This document shows positions 28,401 through 41,962 of a stretch of 64,000 bases of DNA, in pieces (the stretch's first letter is position 1; every line of letters starts with the position of its first letter). Below the pieces are notes generated by a model that saw only the letters and a list, made by a program, of their open reading frames with translations, was not told where the DNA came from and searched no databases. Position numbers and translations under genes: made by a program. The stretch is from Octopus vulgaris. Lineage: Eukaryota. Location of the stretch: assembly GCA_951406725.2 (NCBI GenBank), contig OX597823.1:38936001-39000000 (forward strand). Reading direction: 5' to 3'.

Positions 28401-31400
28401 TAACTAAATAAAAAAACTGTAAAACATAACCTATATAAAGTCATCATTACTAACTACACAACTCCTATAAAGTCATACCAATGGCTGTTTGAAACAGAAT
28501 GTTTTTCTGTTGTGCCTTATTTATTATCAAATCCTAGATGTAATAGGGTAGTTACACCATGAAGTTTTGGAATTCTCCTGTGGAAGTTTTCTCTCTAGAT
28601 TTAATCACATTTCAATTCTAGCATTTTATTCACAGGCTAAATAACTTAGTTATAAACTACATTTAGCGAAGCAGTAATATAATGCCTTATATTATTTTAA
28701 ACAAAATCACAGTAATAACTATAGAAGAAACAACCAGAATTTATATGCAATTCAACTTTGTACAATAAATGTAAGCATACTGGAAGCGGAGTATTCTAAA
28801 GTTTGAGACAAGAACTTCCTTGAAAGAAGAAAATGAATTGTCATTGAAACTGTCTAAAAGTAGAAGACACTGATTGGGTGAGAGGAAGAGCATTTCAGGA
28901 AGGTCTTTGTTGAACCAAGAGATATAAAGTGCTTCATTTTCTCACTGTCACCAACCCCCTCTCTCTCTCAGACAAAACTTCCTAAATTTGTTGTTCTTCC
29001 TTACAGCAAACCAAGTTTATTGCATTTTCTTAACACTCTGCTTACTATTTATTAATAATAACCATCATTACTTTCATCAGATTCTACTATTTACTTTAAT
29101 AGATGTTGTTCAGTTATATGTTTCTCTGTTCTAAATTCAAATCCCGCTAGAAATTAACATTTACCAAAGGCCAGAAGTAACAACCTTCCCTACTCATCTC
29201 TAGATGCTAGACTTAAGGCAGTAGATCTGGACCTTGAGTGCTTTTAATGGTGATCACTTTGTTATTAGCTTTCTGCCCAGGTCTCCAGACTGAGAATATT
29301 TACTTTCTTCCTCCTACAAGTCTTGGAGACTCCCAAGAGAGTCCTGGGTATTGCCTTTCTTCCTCTAAGACATACAAAAAATAGATACAAAGACCAAACC
29401 TTTTTGTATTATTTCTATGATTTTAGTTGTGTTGAGTCACTGAATGAAACACTTCAACCAACCCTCAGTTTCATCTCAGTTAATAACCACAGCATCACAA
29501 TCATAATATTAATAGAAACAGAAAACTTTTGGAATATACATTTGTTCTGCCATAAAAGAAAATTATCATTATGCTTGTTTTCTTTACCATTATTAGGAAT
29601 GAATGTCGCAACTCCCCATAATGACTTACTTCAAAACAAATCGAAGATAACAGGCCAACATAAAGAAACTTATTTTGTTGTTGATGTTGTCACCACCACC
29701 ACCACCACTATCTGATAGCATTCGGTTAGGCACATTAACAAATTATTTAAATCTACATGTTGAACACATTTTTAAAACCTTCTGTGGCTCTTAAGAATTC
29801 ACAGGCAGCATTAAAACATAGTAAACAAGATGACCATCTGCTGTATCATGCTACAAACCTTGTATAATGTACTTGGGCACAACAATCAAATAAAATATTT
29901 ATACAAAATAATCAAGAATTCTTTATCATTATTCCTACTTGTTATTAATTAAAAATCTGAAATAGAATTTTCTTAATGTTTCCACCAAGAATCTAAAACC
30001 TTACTATTTTGAGGAATGATTAAAGGATTACAGAAACCTTAATGTCATATGCTTTTATGGTGGAGTGCCAAGACCCTATCACCACCTCCATAATTTGTGA
30101 CTTTATACCTCATCATCATTTAACGCCTATTTTCCATACTGGCATGGGTTGGTCAGTTTGACAGGATCCAGCAAAGCTCCACTGTTAGCTTTGGCAGATT
30201 TCTATGGCTGGATAACCTTCCTAACACCAACCAATTTACAATGTGTGCTTGGTGCTTTTTATCATGGTACCAGCACTAGTGAAGTTGCCAGGTAACTTGC
30301 AAGACAAGAAAAAACAAATATGGGGAAAAGGACAAAGTCCTCTTGATGGGAGTATTTGAAAGAGCAGGGACGTGGCTTTATGCCAGGGATAAGTAGAAGT
30401 GTAGAGGTGTTTTGCCATAGAGAAAATACATGGCTACCCTGCATTATATAAGGGTGGGTGGGAGTATCAAGGGAAAGATAAGATGGTAGCGATGGGGTAC
30501 CAGAGCACAACATTTAAGGAGCAAAAGAGGATATAGGTAGTGGATCAACAGGAGGAAATATGCATGCACTGAATCCAGTGTTCCAGTATGGCCTTAGTAG
30601 TGAAAGCTAAACCAAATTAAAGAACTACTAAAGGATCAAAGGGCAGATGTACATATCAATATATAGCTGCACACACAATGTTAATGCTGACCAATAAAGT
30701 TAATGTTTATGTGAAGGCATACATATTTGTGTACTTACACATTTGGATGCATGTGCACATGTGTACAGGCAGCTTTTGTAGGTGTATGTATGCATCTGCA
30801 TGTTTGCAAATGTGAGACTGTTTAATTTTATGCATCTATATGTAGGAGAGATTCAGGATCAAGAAGTCTATCTGTACAAGAAAGATAATTCCTTTAAACC
30901 AGACACCCTGAATTAGAGGAAGACATCAAAATCCAGCTGGGGTTTATATTTCTACAAAATTCTATTAATTAATGAATCCATGTCAAAATGCCATATGGTA
31001 AATATAATGTAAGAATGTGTATACACACACATACATCTATATATATATACATCTCCCACATACAAGTATGCATGTATGTAAGCATCATGTATGTATGAAT
31101 ACTCAGCACTCAAGTTATCTTTAAAAAAAAATGGAAAATAGTTTGTAAATAATTAGAAGACAAACACAAGAAAGTGTAGGTAACATGTGCACAAATAGCA
31201 AGAAGAAACCAAACATACGTGAAGGAGAGAAGGCATGATGTCTAAGATGGTGTCTGAAAAATTTATTCTAGGCTGCTCTGTGCAGTTGTTTACATGTCAA
31301 TATTCTAAACATGCATGTCTAATGCAACTTTGACTCCAGATTTTGATTCATATACAAACCCACTCATACAGCACTGGAGTACAGTACCAACAGCAGTTTC

Positions 31401-31739
31401 AATGAATCTAGTTTTGAAAAGCACAGCATTAAACACCATGTGACAATGGGTCAGTTGGCACTGATGGTTAAAACCCTTCTCTGACAGGTGCAGCAGATAC
31501 AAACAATAATCATATCGAACATTTGTAGATGAATGTGACTGTCCAGAAGAGTTACAGGAGATTCTGAAGTTGTCTGGAAGTCATGGTTGAAGCCAATGGT
31601 GATTTTATTGAATTGGAAAATATTTTTATGTAATTTTGGTAAATATGTGTTAAAATGAGATGTCAGTGTTAGTTTTATTTTTGCATAATTTTGATGACAA
31701 TTTATTCACAACACTCTGTATGTATATATATATATAAAT

Positions 31740-32006
31740 GGCCACCTTGACTGGCTTTCGTGCCGGTGGCACTTAAAAAACACCAACCGATCGTGGACAC
31801 TGCCAGACTCCCCTGGCACCTGTGCCAGTGGCACACAAAAAGCACCCACAACACTCACAGAGTGGTTGGCGTTAGGAAGGGCATCCAGCTGTAGAAGCAC
31901 TGCCAAATCAGACTGGAGCCTGGTGCAGCCTCCTGGCTTCCCAGACCCTGGTTGAACCGTCCAACCCATGCTAGCATGGAAAACGGACGTTAAACGATGA
32001 TGATGA

Positions 32007-32010
<4 letters not shown>
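31740..32010 (+). mobile_element. SINE/LINE-tail family C ending (GAT)n (representative copy)
   Basis: agtggttggcgttaggaagggcatccagc...ccaacccatgctagcatggaaaacggacgttaaacgatgatg. Copies at ~10325-10530, 12585-13040, 15300-15625, 30110-30305, 49450-49690 and 56677-56730. Confidence 0.8.
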
Positions 32011-32060
<50 letters not shown>

Positions 32061-35000
32061 TATGCTATCATGAAGGTTTATCAGTAATTCTGAGGCCAAG
32101 TATGTGCTGCTATTTTGAAAGTTTTAGTTGTGTACTTTGCTCATGACTAGAGAGGATGATGGGCAAGACTATTTACTTAAGATGTATAGTGACTAAATCT
32201 GTATGCTGGTGAAAGAGATTGTTCTCAAGATTATCATCCAAGATAGCAGTCTACAAGACAAAAAGAGCTCTGTCAGTATACTCAACAATGGGGCAGTCTA
32301 GCAAGAAGTTTCTACTCCATTACACTAAAGATAGATTAGGACAGCAGGGAAATTTCCAAATCAGATTTAGTTATGGCAAGGGCAACAACAATACCAAAAA
32401 ATTTCTCATGGGCAAGAATTACAGAAGAAAGACACTACACATACATATGTATGTAACTAATTACATATATATATAAACCTTTTGTTGTAGACATACAGCC
32501 ATGTCAAATTTAACTGTTTCTCTGTAGATTGAAAAAATGGTGAACAGCCCAAGTTGATTTTCGGCCCTTTTTGGTCACATCAAAGGTATCTACATCACTT
32601 GATCAAATGCAGAGAAACAAATAGCCAATTTGTTTGTATACACATCAAATCCAGGAGCTCCAGATAACTGGAGTTACTAATTTGTGTGCTATAAGTGTTT
32701 AACATAAAATGCTTAATATCTTATTTCAATATCCAGATCATGTCAGCAGGAAACCCAGTCTACACAGTATCAAGGCATGATATAATACATGTAAACCTGC
32801 ATGGTTAACATATAAACATCTAATTTACTTATTTCTCTGAAGACTTCTGTAGTTATTAATAGAAATGTAAGAATTTGATTTTTGGATGTAATTTATATAT
32901 AAAGTGAATTCTACATTTTTATGAATAGCATTAAAAGCTTTTTGTCTCAGGAGATGAAAATATATATATAAAAAAAAATATTACCTTATCAAAACAAATA
33001 AATAAATAATAAAAACTCTGAAAAATTTCCTCATGTTCCAATGAGAATATGGCACTGAAGCTTCCCCTTTTGATCCACCACATCACTTCCATGCTGACTC
33101 ATTAGGTTTTAGTGACAGAATTCGTAATGTGATCCTTCTTTCAATACCCTTTAAGATCATTGAGTTAAATCCTTCATGTAGATATCATTTATCTGTTTAA
33201 TCCCTATCATTATCTCTATATACCTACACCACCAACATACTACTATCAATATTTAATCTATGTCCTATCATTTACAATGATGGTTATTAATCCACTATTC
33301 ATATCTTAACCCTACTGCCAACATTACTATAAAACACCTGATAGCATTTTATTCTATCCAAAATGTTAATCTCTGCCATTAATCATATATCATTATTAAT
33401 TAATAGTTTATCATCAGTCATTGGTTACTGGCTACTATATCTTTTTACTATTCACCCAGATATACTAACTTTTGCACACTTTCTGTCATATAACAAACCC
33501 TTTGGTAAATATAAGAAAATCTTTACCACACCTACTATTATTACTATAATTGTTAGCATGCCAGGCAAAATGCTTAGCAGCATTTCGCCTGTCTTTACGT
33601 TTGGAGTTCAAAATCTGCCAACGTTGACTTTGCCTTTCATCCTTTCAGGGTCGATGAACTAAGTACAGATGTCAACATAATTGACTACTCCACCACCCCA
33701 AAATTTCAGGTCTTTATTATTATTTCTACTGGTGGTACAAGGCCTGAAATTTTAGTTGGGTGGGAACTAGTCAAATACATTGACTCTAGGGCTCAAATGG
33801 TACTTATTTTATTGACCCTGGAAGAATGAAAGGCAAAATTGATCTTAGCAGAACTTTTGTCTTTCCTCCTTTTGAGGTCAATAGAATAAGTACCAGTTAA
33901 GCACTTGGATCAATGAAATTGACAAGATAACCTTCAACAAAGTTTCAGGCCTTGTGCCTTAAGTAGAAAGAAAATATTTTTATTATTATTATTACAATGC
34001 TAAAAGCAGCAAGCTGGATACAATGCTTAGCAGTACTTTGTCCACCTTTAGTTCAAATTCTACTGAGGTCAACTTTACCTTTCATCCTTACAGAATCGAT
34101 AAAATAAGTACCAGTTGAGTACTGGGGTCAAAGTAATTGACTATTCCCCTACACCAAAAAGTAGAAAGGATTATTATTACAAAGCTAACAATGGATTGTT
34201 ATTCAGCCTAATATAATTACATTTCTTTTCCCTATGAATAACCCTTTGTTTTCAATTTTCTACAAAATGTTGAGTAACCTATATATTTAATTCTATAATC
34301 ACCTTTAACCCTATATATACTTAACCGTATACATTTCAACATTCACCCAATAGAATGTATGCCTTAGATTTCACCTTTATAATAAACACACTAATTAATC
34401 CTTTCCAAGCAACCTTTTTTTCATTATCATGCTTTTTATAATAAGCCACTAATCTATTTAATTCAACCTGAATTTCAACTTTTCATACTGAAATCTTAAT
34501 CCAGTATTTTTAACCCTACTAGGAATTCTTAAATATTCATTAATCTTTATATTTGTGTGGGGATCAGCAAGTCAAAGAACAGACTCAATGTTTCCTTTGC
34601 ATGTCATAAAAGGTTGAGGTAGGATTTCTGACCTTGTAAAACTGTCACCAACAACAACTGCCCAAACAGACCCATGGGTTGGAGAGTTGTCACTTGTGTC
34701 ATGCAACGGTGTCATCTGCCAGGAGTAGGAAATTATCAACAAATGATGAATGCAGTAACACACTGTTACAGAGCATGCCCCCATACTACAACTGCTACTA
34801 CTACTACTAATCTTCATTTTTAACTCTACATCGTCCCCCTGTAATTTAGTCTGTATGACTGACACTCCATTTCCCATCAATAATACTATATATGCATTAA
34901 TTTCCAATTTCCTTCCTCAGAAAAACATTCTACTCTGAAGCCCTTATTGCTGTATTGTTGCAGGAATCAAAGACATCAAATATATAGGGAACATGGACAT

Positions 35001-35419
35001 TAAATGATGATGATGATGTGAAGAAAATGATCAGTAGGAGCTGCAAGATATAGATAATGATAAGGGGTTCATCATCTTGCAAACCACCCTCCCACCAACT
35101 TCTACTCCCACAAAGCACATGCTGAGTAGAAGTTGGTGGTGTGGGTAGGAAGGTAGTTTGCAAGATTATATGGACCAGTGAATGTGGGGTGGGGAAACAA
35201 GCTACCAAAATGGGTAGGGTTAAAGAATGGCTGAAAAAAAGAGTCATGATGCAGAAGAGTGGGGAAGGGCAGCAGGAGTAGTAAAGATGATACAGTTGTT
35301 GGGGTGGAGGAACAAGATACAATATGGTTGGAGAGTCTATGGAGCCAAGGTGGAAGGAGAAAAGGCAAGCATAATGCATGGAGGAAAGAGTCACTGTAAC
35401 AGTTGACTCCAAAATAGCA

Positions 35420-35770
35420 CTTCCAGAACTCATTTTGCTGAGGAAGGTGTGCCTTTTTGAGAACTTCATATTGCCAGAGATCCTGGTCCTTTGCTATCTC
35501 ATCCGTCAGGCTCAGAGTCCTGAAGTCAATTTTTACCACTTCCTCCCATGTCTTCCACTTCTGAAGGTTCTGGTCACTTTAAGCAAACAGCACTTTTTTA
35601 TATGACTGACCTCATTCATATGCATCACATGTTCATTCCAGCACAGTCTTCTTTCTTGAACACATCTGATTCTTCCTATACCCAGTTTTTCACTCAGCAG
35701 TTTTGTATACACACTCACACTGCACATCCAATGGAGAATGTTCACTTCATTTCTTTCCAGTCTTATTAAG
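35420..35770 (-). mobile_element. RTE-like LINE 3' end
   Basis: LSEKLGIGRIRCVQERRLCWNEHVMHM...GRHGRKW is the RRL.W.GHV.RM / RGRPRK.W tail motif. Confidence 0.7.
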
Positions 35771-37899
35771 TCTGTTGCATTGCTGTTCTAACATAAGCAT
35801 CATACAATTGAGTACACCATATGGAGTTTTTCAGTTTACTCTCTTCCTTCACACATACACACACAACACACAAATACTACAAAGTATGAGAAACTGTTTA
35901 TAAGATAATTAGTTTCACCTTCTTATGTACATTTCATTAAAATAAGGTGATTAATAGTTACATCTGCACAATCTACATAACATAATCAACAAATCACCCA
36001 CAACAAGCCCTTTAAAATGTAGGCCATTTAATTCATAAAGCTTAAGACAACATCAGTTCAATACAGATCCCTGATATTTCAAAGATGAAAGTGTAATAGT
36101 TGTAAGAACAATTTTTCTCTTTTTGTAGGTCAGAGAAGAAAATCAGTGCCCATGACCTTATTGCAAGGGACACTTGGTCAAGAGAACTCATTAGTCTTAT
36201 TGAGAACATGACAAACTCCTTAGTATTGGTACCATAACAGCAATGCATTCAGTACATTGTGTAAAATGGTTGGTGTTAGAAAGGGTGTCCAGTCATAGAA
36301 AACAACAAGTGAGATGCTGCCTATCAAACCATCTGGAAAAAGTCACTCTAAATAAGGACTGACTTAGATTAAAACAACTCATCTAACCGATACCAGCATG
36401 GAAAATGGAAGTAAAACAATGATAATGATAATGATACATGTAAGCATGTCTGAAACAATGTTGCTACTATACAGCTAAGAGCTTTAGAAAGACAAAGCCA
36501 ATGATCGCTCTCTGATCGGCCACAACTAACAACCTTCTAAATATATATACATTGTAAATAAAGTTACATTACGGTGATTATCATTTTAGCATCCATTTTT
36601 TCATGCTGGCATGCCATTTTTCATCAGTAATCATCATACATTCTAAAAAAGCATAATCAAGTGTAGAGCAGTCAACTTAGTGCAGATGGAATTAACAATT
36701 GATTTAGCCCTTCCCATCATACACACATATATATATATACACATACCCACACACATATTACTAAGACTTATTGATTACAGAGAGAGATGATTTGAAATCA
36801 GATATAAAAGAAAGAACAGCATCCAAGCAATTTTTACTGGTCTGACAACATATGAGCACATACATTCAGAGAAATACACATATAAAAAGCTGAAATGTTA
36901 CTCATCTTAGCCAGCAACCCTACCTAAGATGATAGAGGTAACACACCACCCAGTTTACACCACTGCCACTTGATTTCATTGGATTTTGGTGGAATATATT
37001 TAGTTAGAATCATTTAGATTACATCCTAACCCTAACCTAACTGATAGCTTCTGTGTCCATATTTTTCCTTGCAAACATTGATCCATAGATTTTCAGGCTG
37101 AGTAGGTATCAGCCATATCATTATTACCTGTGTGAAAAAGGGTTTGCAAAGATTAGGGTCACTGACTCTACTCCCTTGACTGAAATATAAAATTAACAAA
37201 TCCTTTAAAATAGGGTTAGGTATGTGAAACATCAGGAAAAGGAAATGATCATCATCATCAGTTGCATCCACCACTGATGCTGCCACCACCACCACCACCA
37301 TCATCGTTGTCATCATAAGTCCATTTTCCATGCTGGTATAGGTTGGATGGCTTGACAGAAATGGATAAGGCCAGTGGCTGTACCAGGTTCTATAGTCTTT
37401 CATGTAATATTTTTTTAAAATTTAGACTAACCCAAACTTTAAGAAATATAGCTGCATTTTTGAAAAGCCAAATTTGGAATATGTTGATGCATTTAAAACT
37501 ACATGTACACAGACGGAAATAAATTTAAGACTCATAATAAAAGTTCTATTTCTTACAAAATATTTTGTTACTAACACCATGCAAATTATTTAATTATTTC
37601 TATCTTTTACACCTTATTCAAAATTTATTTCTCTTTCAAATGATGCAGACAAAAACTATTTTTATACAACTTGAAGAATTCTAATGCTAAATTAATATAA
37701 ATGTTTCAAATTTATCGGCAAAATTAGTTTAAGACTGTATCGTTATAATTTTATTTAAAGCTTAAAATTGTAGCAAAAATCGGCCACAAGAACGAAATAC
37801 ATATTAATACTTTGTGCCGTAGCCTTTACACACACACGCATACACACATATATATATATCTTTAATCTTTTACTGGTTTCAGCCCAGAGCTGAGGTCAT

Positions 37900-38700
37900 T
37901 CTGATGCACCACCTGTAGTTACTTGGTGTTGTTTCCAGTATTGTTTTTGGTGAGTTGGACGGAGCTGGTCTTCTTTGTGTTTCCTGCTCTGATGTAGGCT
38001 CATCTGGTATCTCATATAGAAACCTAGCAGGATGTCGAACAATTGCAGGTCCTTGAAAACCAGACTATTGCAGTACTGTATTCTTATTTTAGATGGGGAA
38101 GATGAGATCTTTGGTATGGTGCAGTGGCGTCCAGTTCGAGGATTGGTATAGCTGTCAATTCCAAAATGGGGAGCTAAACTCTCCAAGATCTTCCAGATAT
38201 ATATCACAGCATATCTCTCTTGTCTTCTCTCCAGGGAATAGAGACTCAGCTCCTTTTGCCTATCTTTTGCATTGAGTCAATTTTCATTGTGTATTCATGC
38301 TGAAATTTTTCAAGTTCCACAGTTTGTTTCACACTGTCTGGCAGCTGAGAAATGAAGTCCTCCCTTTTCCTGGTTCTGAATGTCTTCAGAATTCATCCAG
38401 CCTCTCACCTGCAGTGTTGCCATCTTGGTAATATGCACATGGAATGTTGCATCATTGCTCACGTGAACCCCCAGGTCATGCACTGACTCTGACTCTGGGA
38501 TCATATTACTTTCTGGTCCAGCATATTCCAATTTTAGCCTGGTGTTGGACCGATAATGGAGTGCTTGAAATTTCATAGTATTGAACTGCCTGTTATTTTT
38601 GTTAGCCCATGTGAATATTTCATTCAGGTCTTTCTGCAGTTTTATGATGTCCTTTGGGTTTCTAACTGCCTGTGATACTTATGTATCGTCAGCATAACTG
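37900..38700 (-). mobile_element. CR1/L2-group LINE RT 3' fragment, decayed
   Basis: Minus-strand SYADDT at ~38680-38698, KFQALHY, ESVHDLGVHVSNDATFHVHI and MIYIWKIL..L.P. Confidence 0.8.
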
Positions 38701-38768
38701 GGGAAATTGGCTGTCAGTATGACAGTAGGGTGTATATATATATATATATATATTTATTATATAGAAGG

Positions 38769-38819
38769 AGCTTCTACAGGACTAGTACTGTTTCATTCAA
38801 GAGAAATCTTCAGGAAGCT
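38769..38819 (-). ncRNA. Type I hammerhead ribozyme in inverted pseudo-LTR
   Basis: Exact reverse complement of 39342-39392. Confidence 0.85.
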
Positions 38820-39341
38820 ATTTAACAAGAATTGTATTAGCATTTATACATTTAGGCAGGTTTAAGGGAGTGGTGGTGGGGGACTTTTTGGGGGTAGGCA
38901 TAGCGCAAAATATCATACTTGGGGGAGTGGTCAAGGAGTCAGTGGTAAGTTAGATGAAAGAATAGATAAATAAAAAAAAAAATAGATAAATAAAAAAATA
39001 AAAAAAAAAAAATAAAAAAATAAAAAAATAAAAATGAAAAATAAAAAGATAAAATAAAAGAATAAAAAAATAAAAAATATAAAAAATATATAAAAAATAT
39101 ATATAAAAAATATATATAAAAAAAATATTATCTTTTTATTTTTCATTTTTATTTTTTTATTTTTTTATTTTTTTATTTATCTATTTTTTTATTTATCTAT
39201 TCTTTCATCTAACTTACCACTGACTCCTTGACCACTCCCCAAGTATGATATTTTGCGCTATGCCTACCCCCAAAAAGTCCCCCACCACCACTCCCTTAAA
39301 CCTGCCTAAATGTATAAATGCTAATACAATTCTTGTTAAAT

Positions 39342-39392
39342 AGCTTCCTGAAGATTTCTCTTGAATGAAACAGTACTAGTCCTGTAGAAGCT
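39342..39392 (+). ncRNA. Type I hammerhead ribozyme in 5' pseudo-LTR
   Basis: AGCTTC (stem I) - CTGAAGA - tTTC tctt GAAt (stem II) - GAAA - CAG tactagtc CTG (stem III) - TA^ - GAAGCT (stem I'). Predicted cleavage after GUA at 39386. Confidence 0.88.
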
Positions 39393-39523
39393 CCTTCTAT
39401 ATAATAAATTAATTTTACTCTGCTATGTATTGAGTACCTTACTTACTGTGGTTAACCCCGAATCAACCCGGGACCTACACATCTTAGCACACCCTAGTGC
39501 CCTTATAACCATCACCAAGAAAA

Positions 39524-41664
39524 ATGCTGACAAGAATCGACCTCGACACTTCCCTGAAGAACATTACTATCCCACCAAGGAAACAGTACCAAAAAGCCCT
39601 CATTAGACGGACTGATGAGTTCATCAAAAGAATTCGATGGAGATCTTTCTTCTTCGACAACCCTGATGTAGCATCTACCAGTAATGATAAGTACGGCTTC
39701 AAATCAAATAAGGCCCCTCCTACCAACAGCCTACTTGAACCGTTTGAAGAAGACCTCTTCCTCATGATAAAAAACATCAAATCCAGGAGAGTCAACTTAC
39801 CTTTCCAAACGGAACTGAATGCGAAGCTTTCGAAAATGAAAAGCTCCCAGAACCTCTATGTCCCTTCGGACAAGACAAAAAATATTTACGCGGTGACTCC
39901 GGATACCTATAATAGACTAGCCGATAACGCCATCACAGCTAAATACAAGAAAGTAGACGACGTAGCGCTAACTGAAACCAACTTGGCCGGGAAAGAGATT
40001 GCCACCTCCCTTAAAATCGACGACCGAACAGAACCCCTGAGGGTGAAGTCCCCACACTTCACCCTGAAAGACCACAAAGACCATTTCGAAAATAAACCGT
40101 CGGTCCGTTTGATTAACCCAACCAAGTCTGACATCGGATCCGTCAGCAAGAAGATCTTGGACAGGATTTTACCAAAAATGCGTGAAGCTTCACCCCTTCC
40201 ACTCTGGAATAGGACCTCCGAGGCAATAACTTGGTTCCGGGATTTACCAGATAAAAGCAACACCCGATTCCTACAACTGGATATCGAGGATTACTACGCC
40301 TCTATATCGGAGAGCTTGCTGATCGATGCGATTAACTTCGCCAGGAGGTCCTCCACCATCACCGAGGCCGAGCAAGATGTGATCCTCCACGCACGTAAGA
40401 CTTTTCTTTTCTATGACGGATCCCACTGGATCAACAAAAAATCTGTGACCCCCTTCGACGTCAGCATGGGTGCTAACGACTCTGCTGAAATAAGTGACCT
40501 AGTGGGCCTTTTCATCCTCCATAGGCTGAAAACCCTATTCACAGGCCTCTCCGGTGGTCTTTACCGAGATGACGGCCTTTTCGCCCTCCACAATATAAAC
40601 CCCAGGACCACGGATGGGTTCCGGAAAAATCTTCACACCTTCTTTAAAAACTTAGGCCTTAGGATTACCCTAGAATCCAACTTAACTAAGGCTAACTTCC
40701 TAGATGTCACCCTCGACTTAAAAACCTCACTTTATTACCCGTACCACAAACCAAATGAATCCCTTAGATATATAGATATCAATTCCAACCACCCCAGAAA
40801 TATATTAGATAACCTAGTAAAAAGTGTCTCAATTAGAATCTCTAGCCTGTCCGCCACGGAAGATATCTTTAAGGCCGCAGCCCCCTATTACAACGAGGCC
40901 CTGGCCCGCAGTGGTTTTAAAGATAAGATTACCTACACTAGTATAGCCCCACGCCAACCCAGGAAAAATAGACGAAGACACATTAGCTGGTACAACCCCC
41001 CTTCAACCGTGAGGTCGCTACACCTGTAGCTAAGATCTTTTTCACTCTCCTACAGAAACACTTCCCCACCCAACATAAGTACTACACTATCCTAAATAAG
41101 AACACTATTAGACTCTCCTACTCTACCACGCCCAACCTAGCCAGGAACCTAGCCAACAACAATGTGAAAAAACTTAACATATCTACTTTCTCCGGGGCCC
41201 ATCCAACGTCCGATAGCAATTGCAACTGCCATGATAAAACCACCTGCCCCCTCAACAACAACTGCCTACAGAGGGACCTAGTATATAAATGCGAGGTAAG
41301 ATCAGGCCTTGACGATAAAAGTAAATCCTACATTGGAATGACGTCAAACAGCTTTAAGACCCGCTGGTATGCACATACACACTCGTTCCGGCGACAGGAT
41401 AAATCCAACCAAACTACCCTCGCCGCCCACATCTGGTACCTTAAAAGGAACTCAATCCCCTTCAAGACCAAGTGGAAACTACTACAGAAGGCGCGCTCGT
41501 ACACAGGAGGACATACCTGCTGTGACCTATGCATATCAGAGAGCCTAGAGATTTTGGTCGCCAAAGGCCCTCTCCTTAACAAATTTTCAGAACACTCCCC
41601 AAATTGTATGCATAAGAAGTATGCGAACTACAAGAACTATAGACCTACCCGGCAACCTGATTGA
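39524..41664 (+). CDS. PLE reverse transcriptase-GIY-YIG endonuclease polyprotein (~713 aa), one frameshift at ~40996-41001
   Basis: RT motifs LQLDIEDYYASI, MGANDSAEISDL, GLYRDDGL and NFLDVTLD. Adding one C gives WYNPPFNREVATPVAKIF...KHFP...NKNTIRLSYSTTPN, in frame with ORF 41164-41664. That ORF has CNCHDKTTCPL, LVYKC..SYIGMT..FKTRW..H, KWK, CDLC..E and LLNK. Confidence 0.93.
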
Positions 41665-41769
41665 TGACAACCCCCCCCCCTACAACCACCCCCCCTACAA
41701 CCCCCCCCCCCCAACCCCACTGTTCCCCTAGCACCCCCGATTACCTTTTCTCCTAAGACCTTTCACATA

Positions 41770-41913
41770 TTATATGTGCACGCTTGTATATGTGTATCGT
41801 ATGTATGTATGTATATATGTATAGAAATGCATGGGTACAGTAGGAATATACGCATGTATTATGTGTGTGTGTGTGTATGTATGCATGTAAAAAAATATAT
41901 ATGTATATATATT

Positions 41914-41962
<49 letters not shown>

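Larger units (their letters stand above)
38752..39409. repeat. Palindrome formed by inverted + direct pseudo-LTR
   Basis: 38752-38970 is the reverse complement of ~39190-39409. A-rich and T-rich halves meet at ~39127. Confidence 0.93.

Noticed and set aside
38931-39146. Hydrophobic F/I/Y ORF, also at 44218-44490
   Set aside because: Read-through of the T-rich pseudo-LTR tract.
39484-41582. Minus-strand ORFs 39484-39795, 39907-40263 and 41328-41582
   Set aside because: Antisense shadows of the PLE ORF with no independent motifs.
39524-41664. Bacterial retron, group II intron, DGR or CRISPR-RT interpretation; selenoprotein Naiad
   Set aside because: Eukaryotic repeat context, pseudo-LTRs and a C-terminal GIY-YIG indicate a PLE. 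There is no spacer array, no in-frame TGA and the nuclease is not N-terminal.
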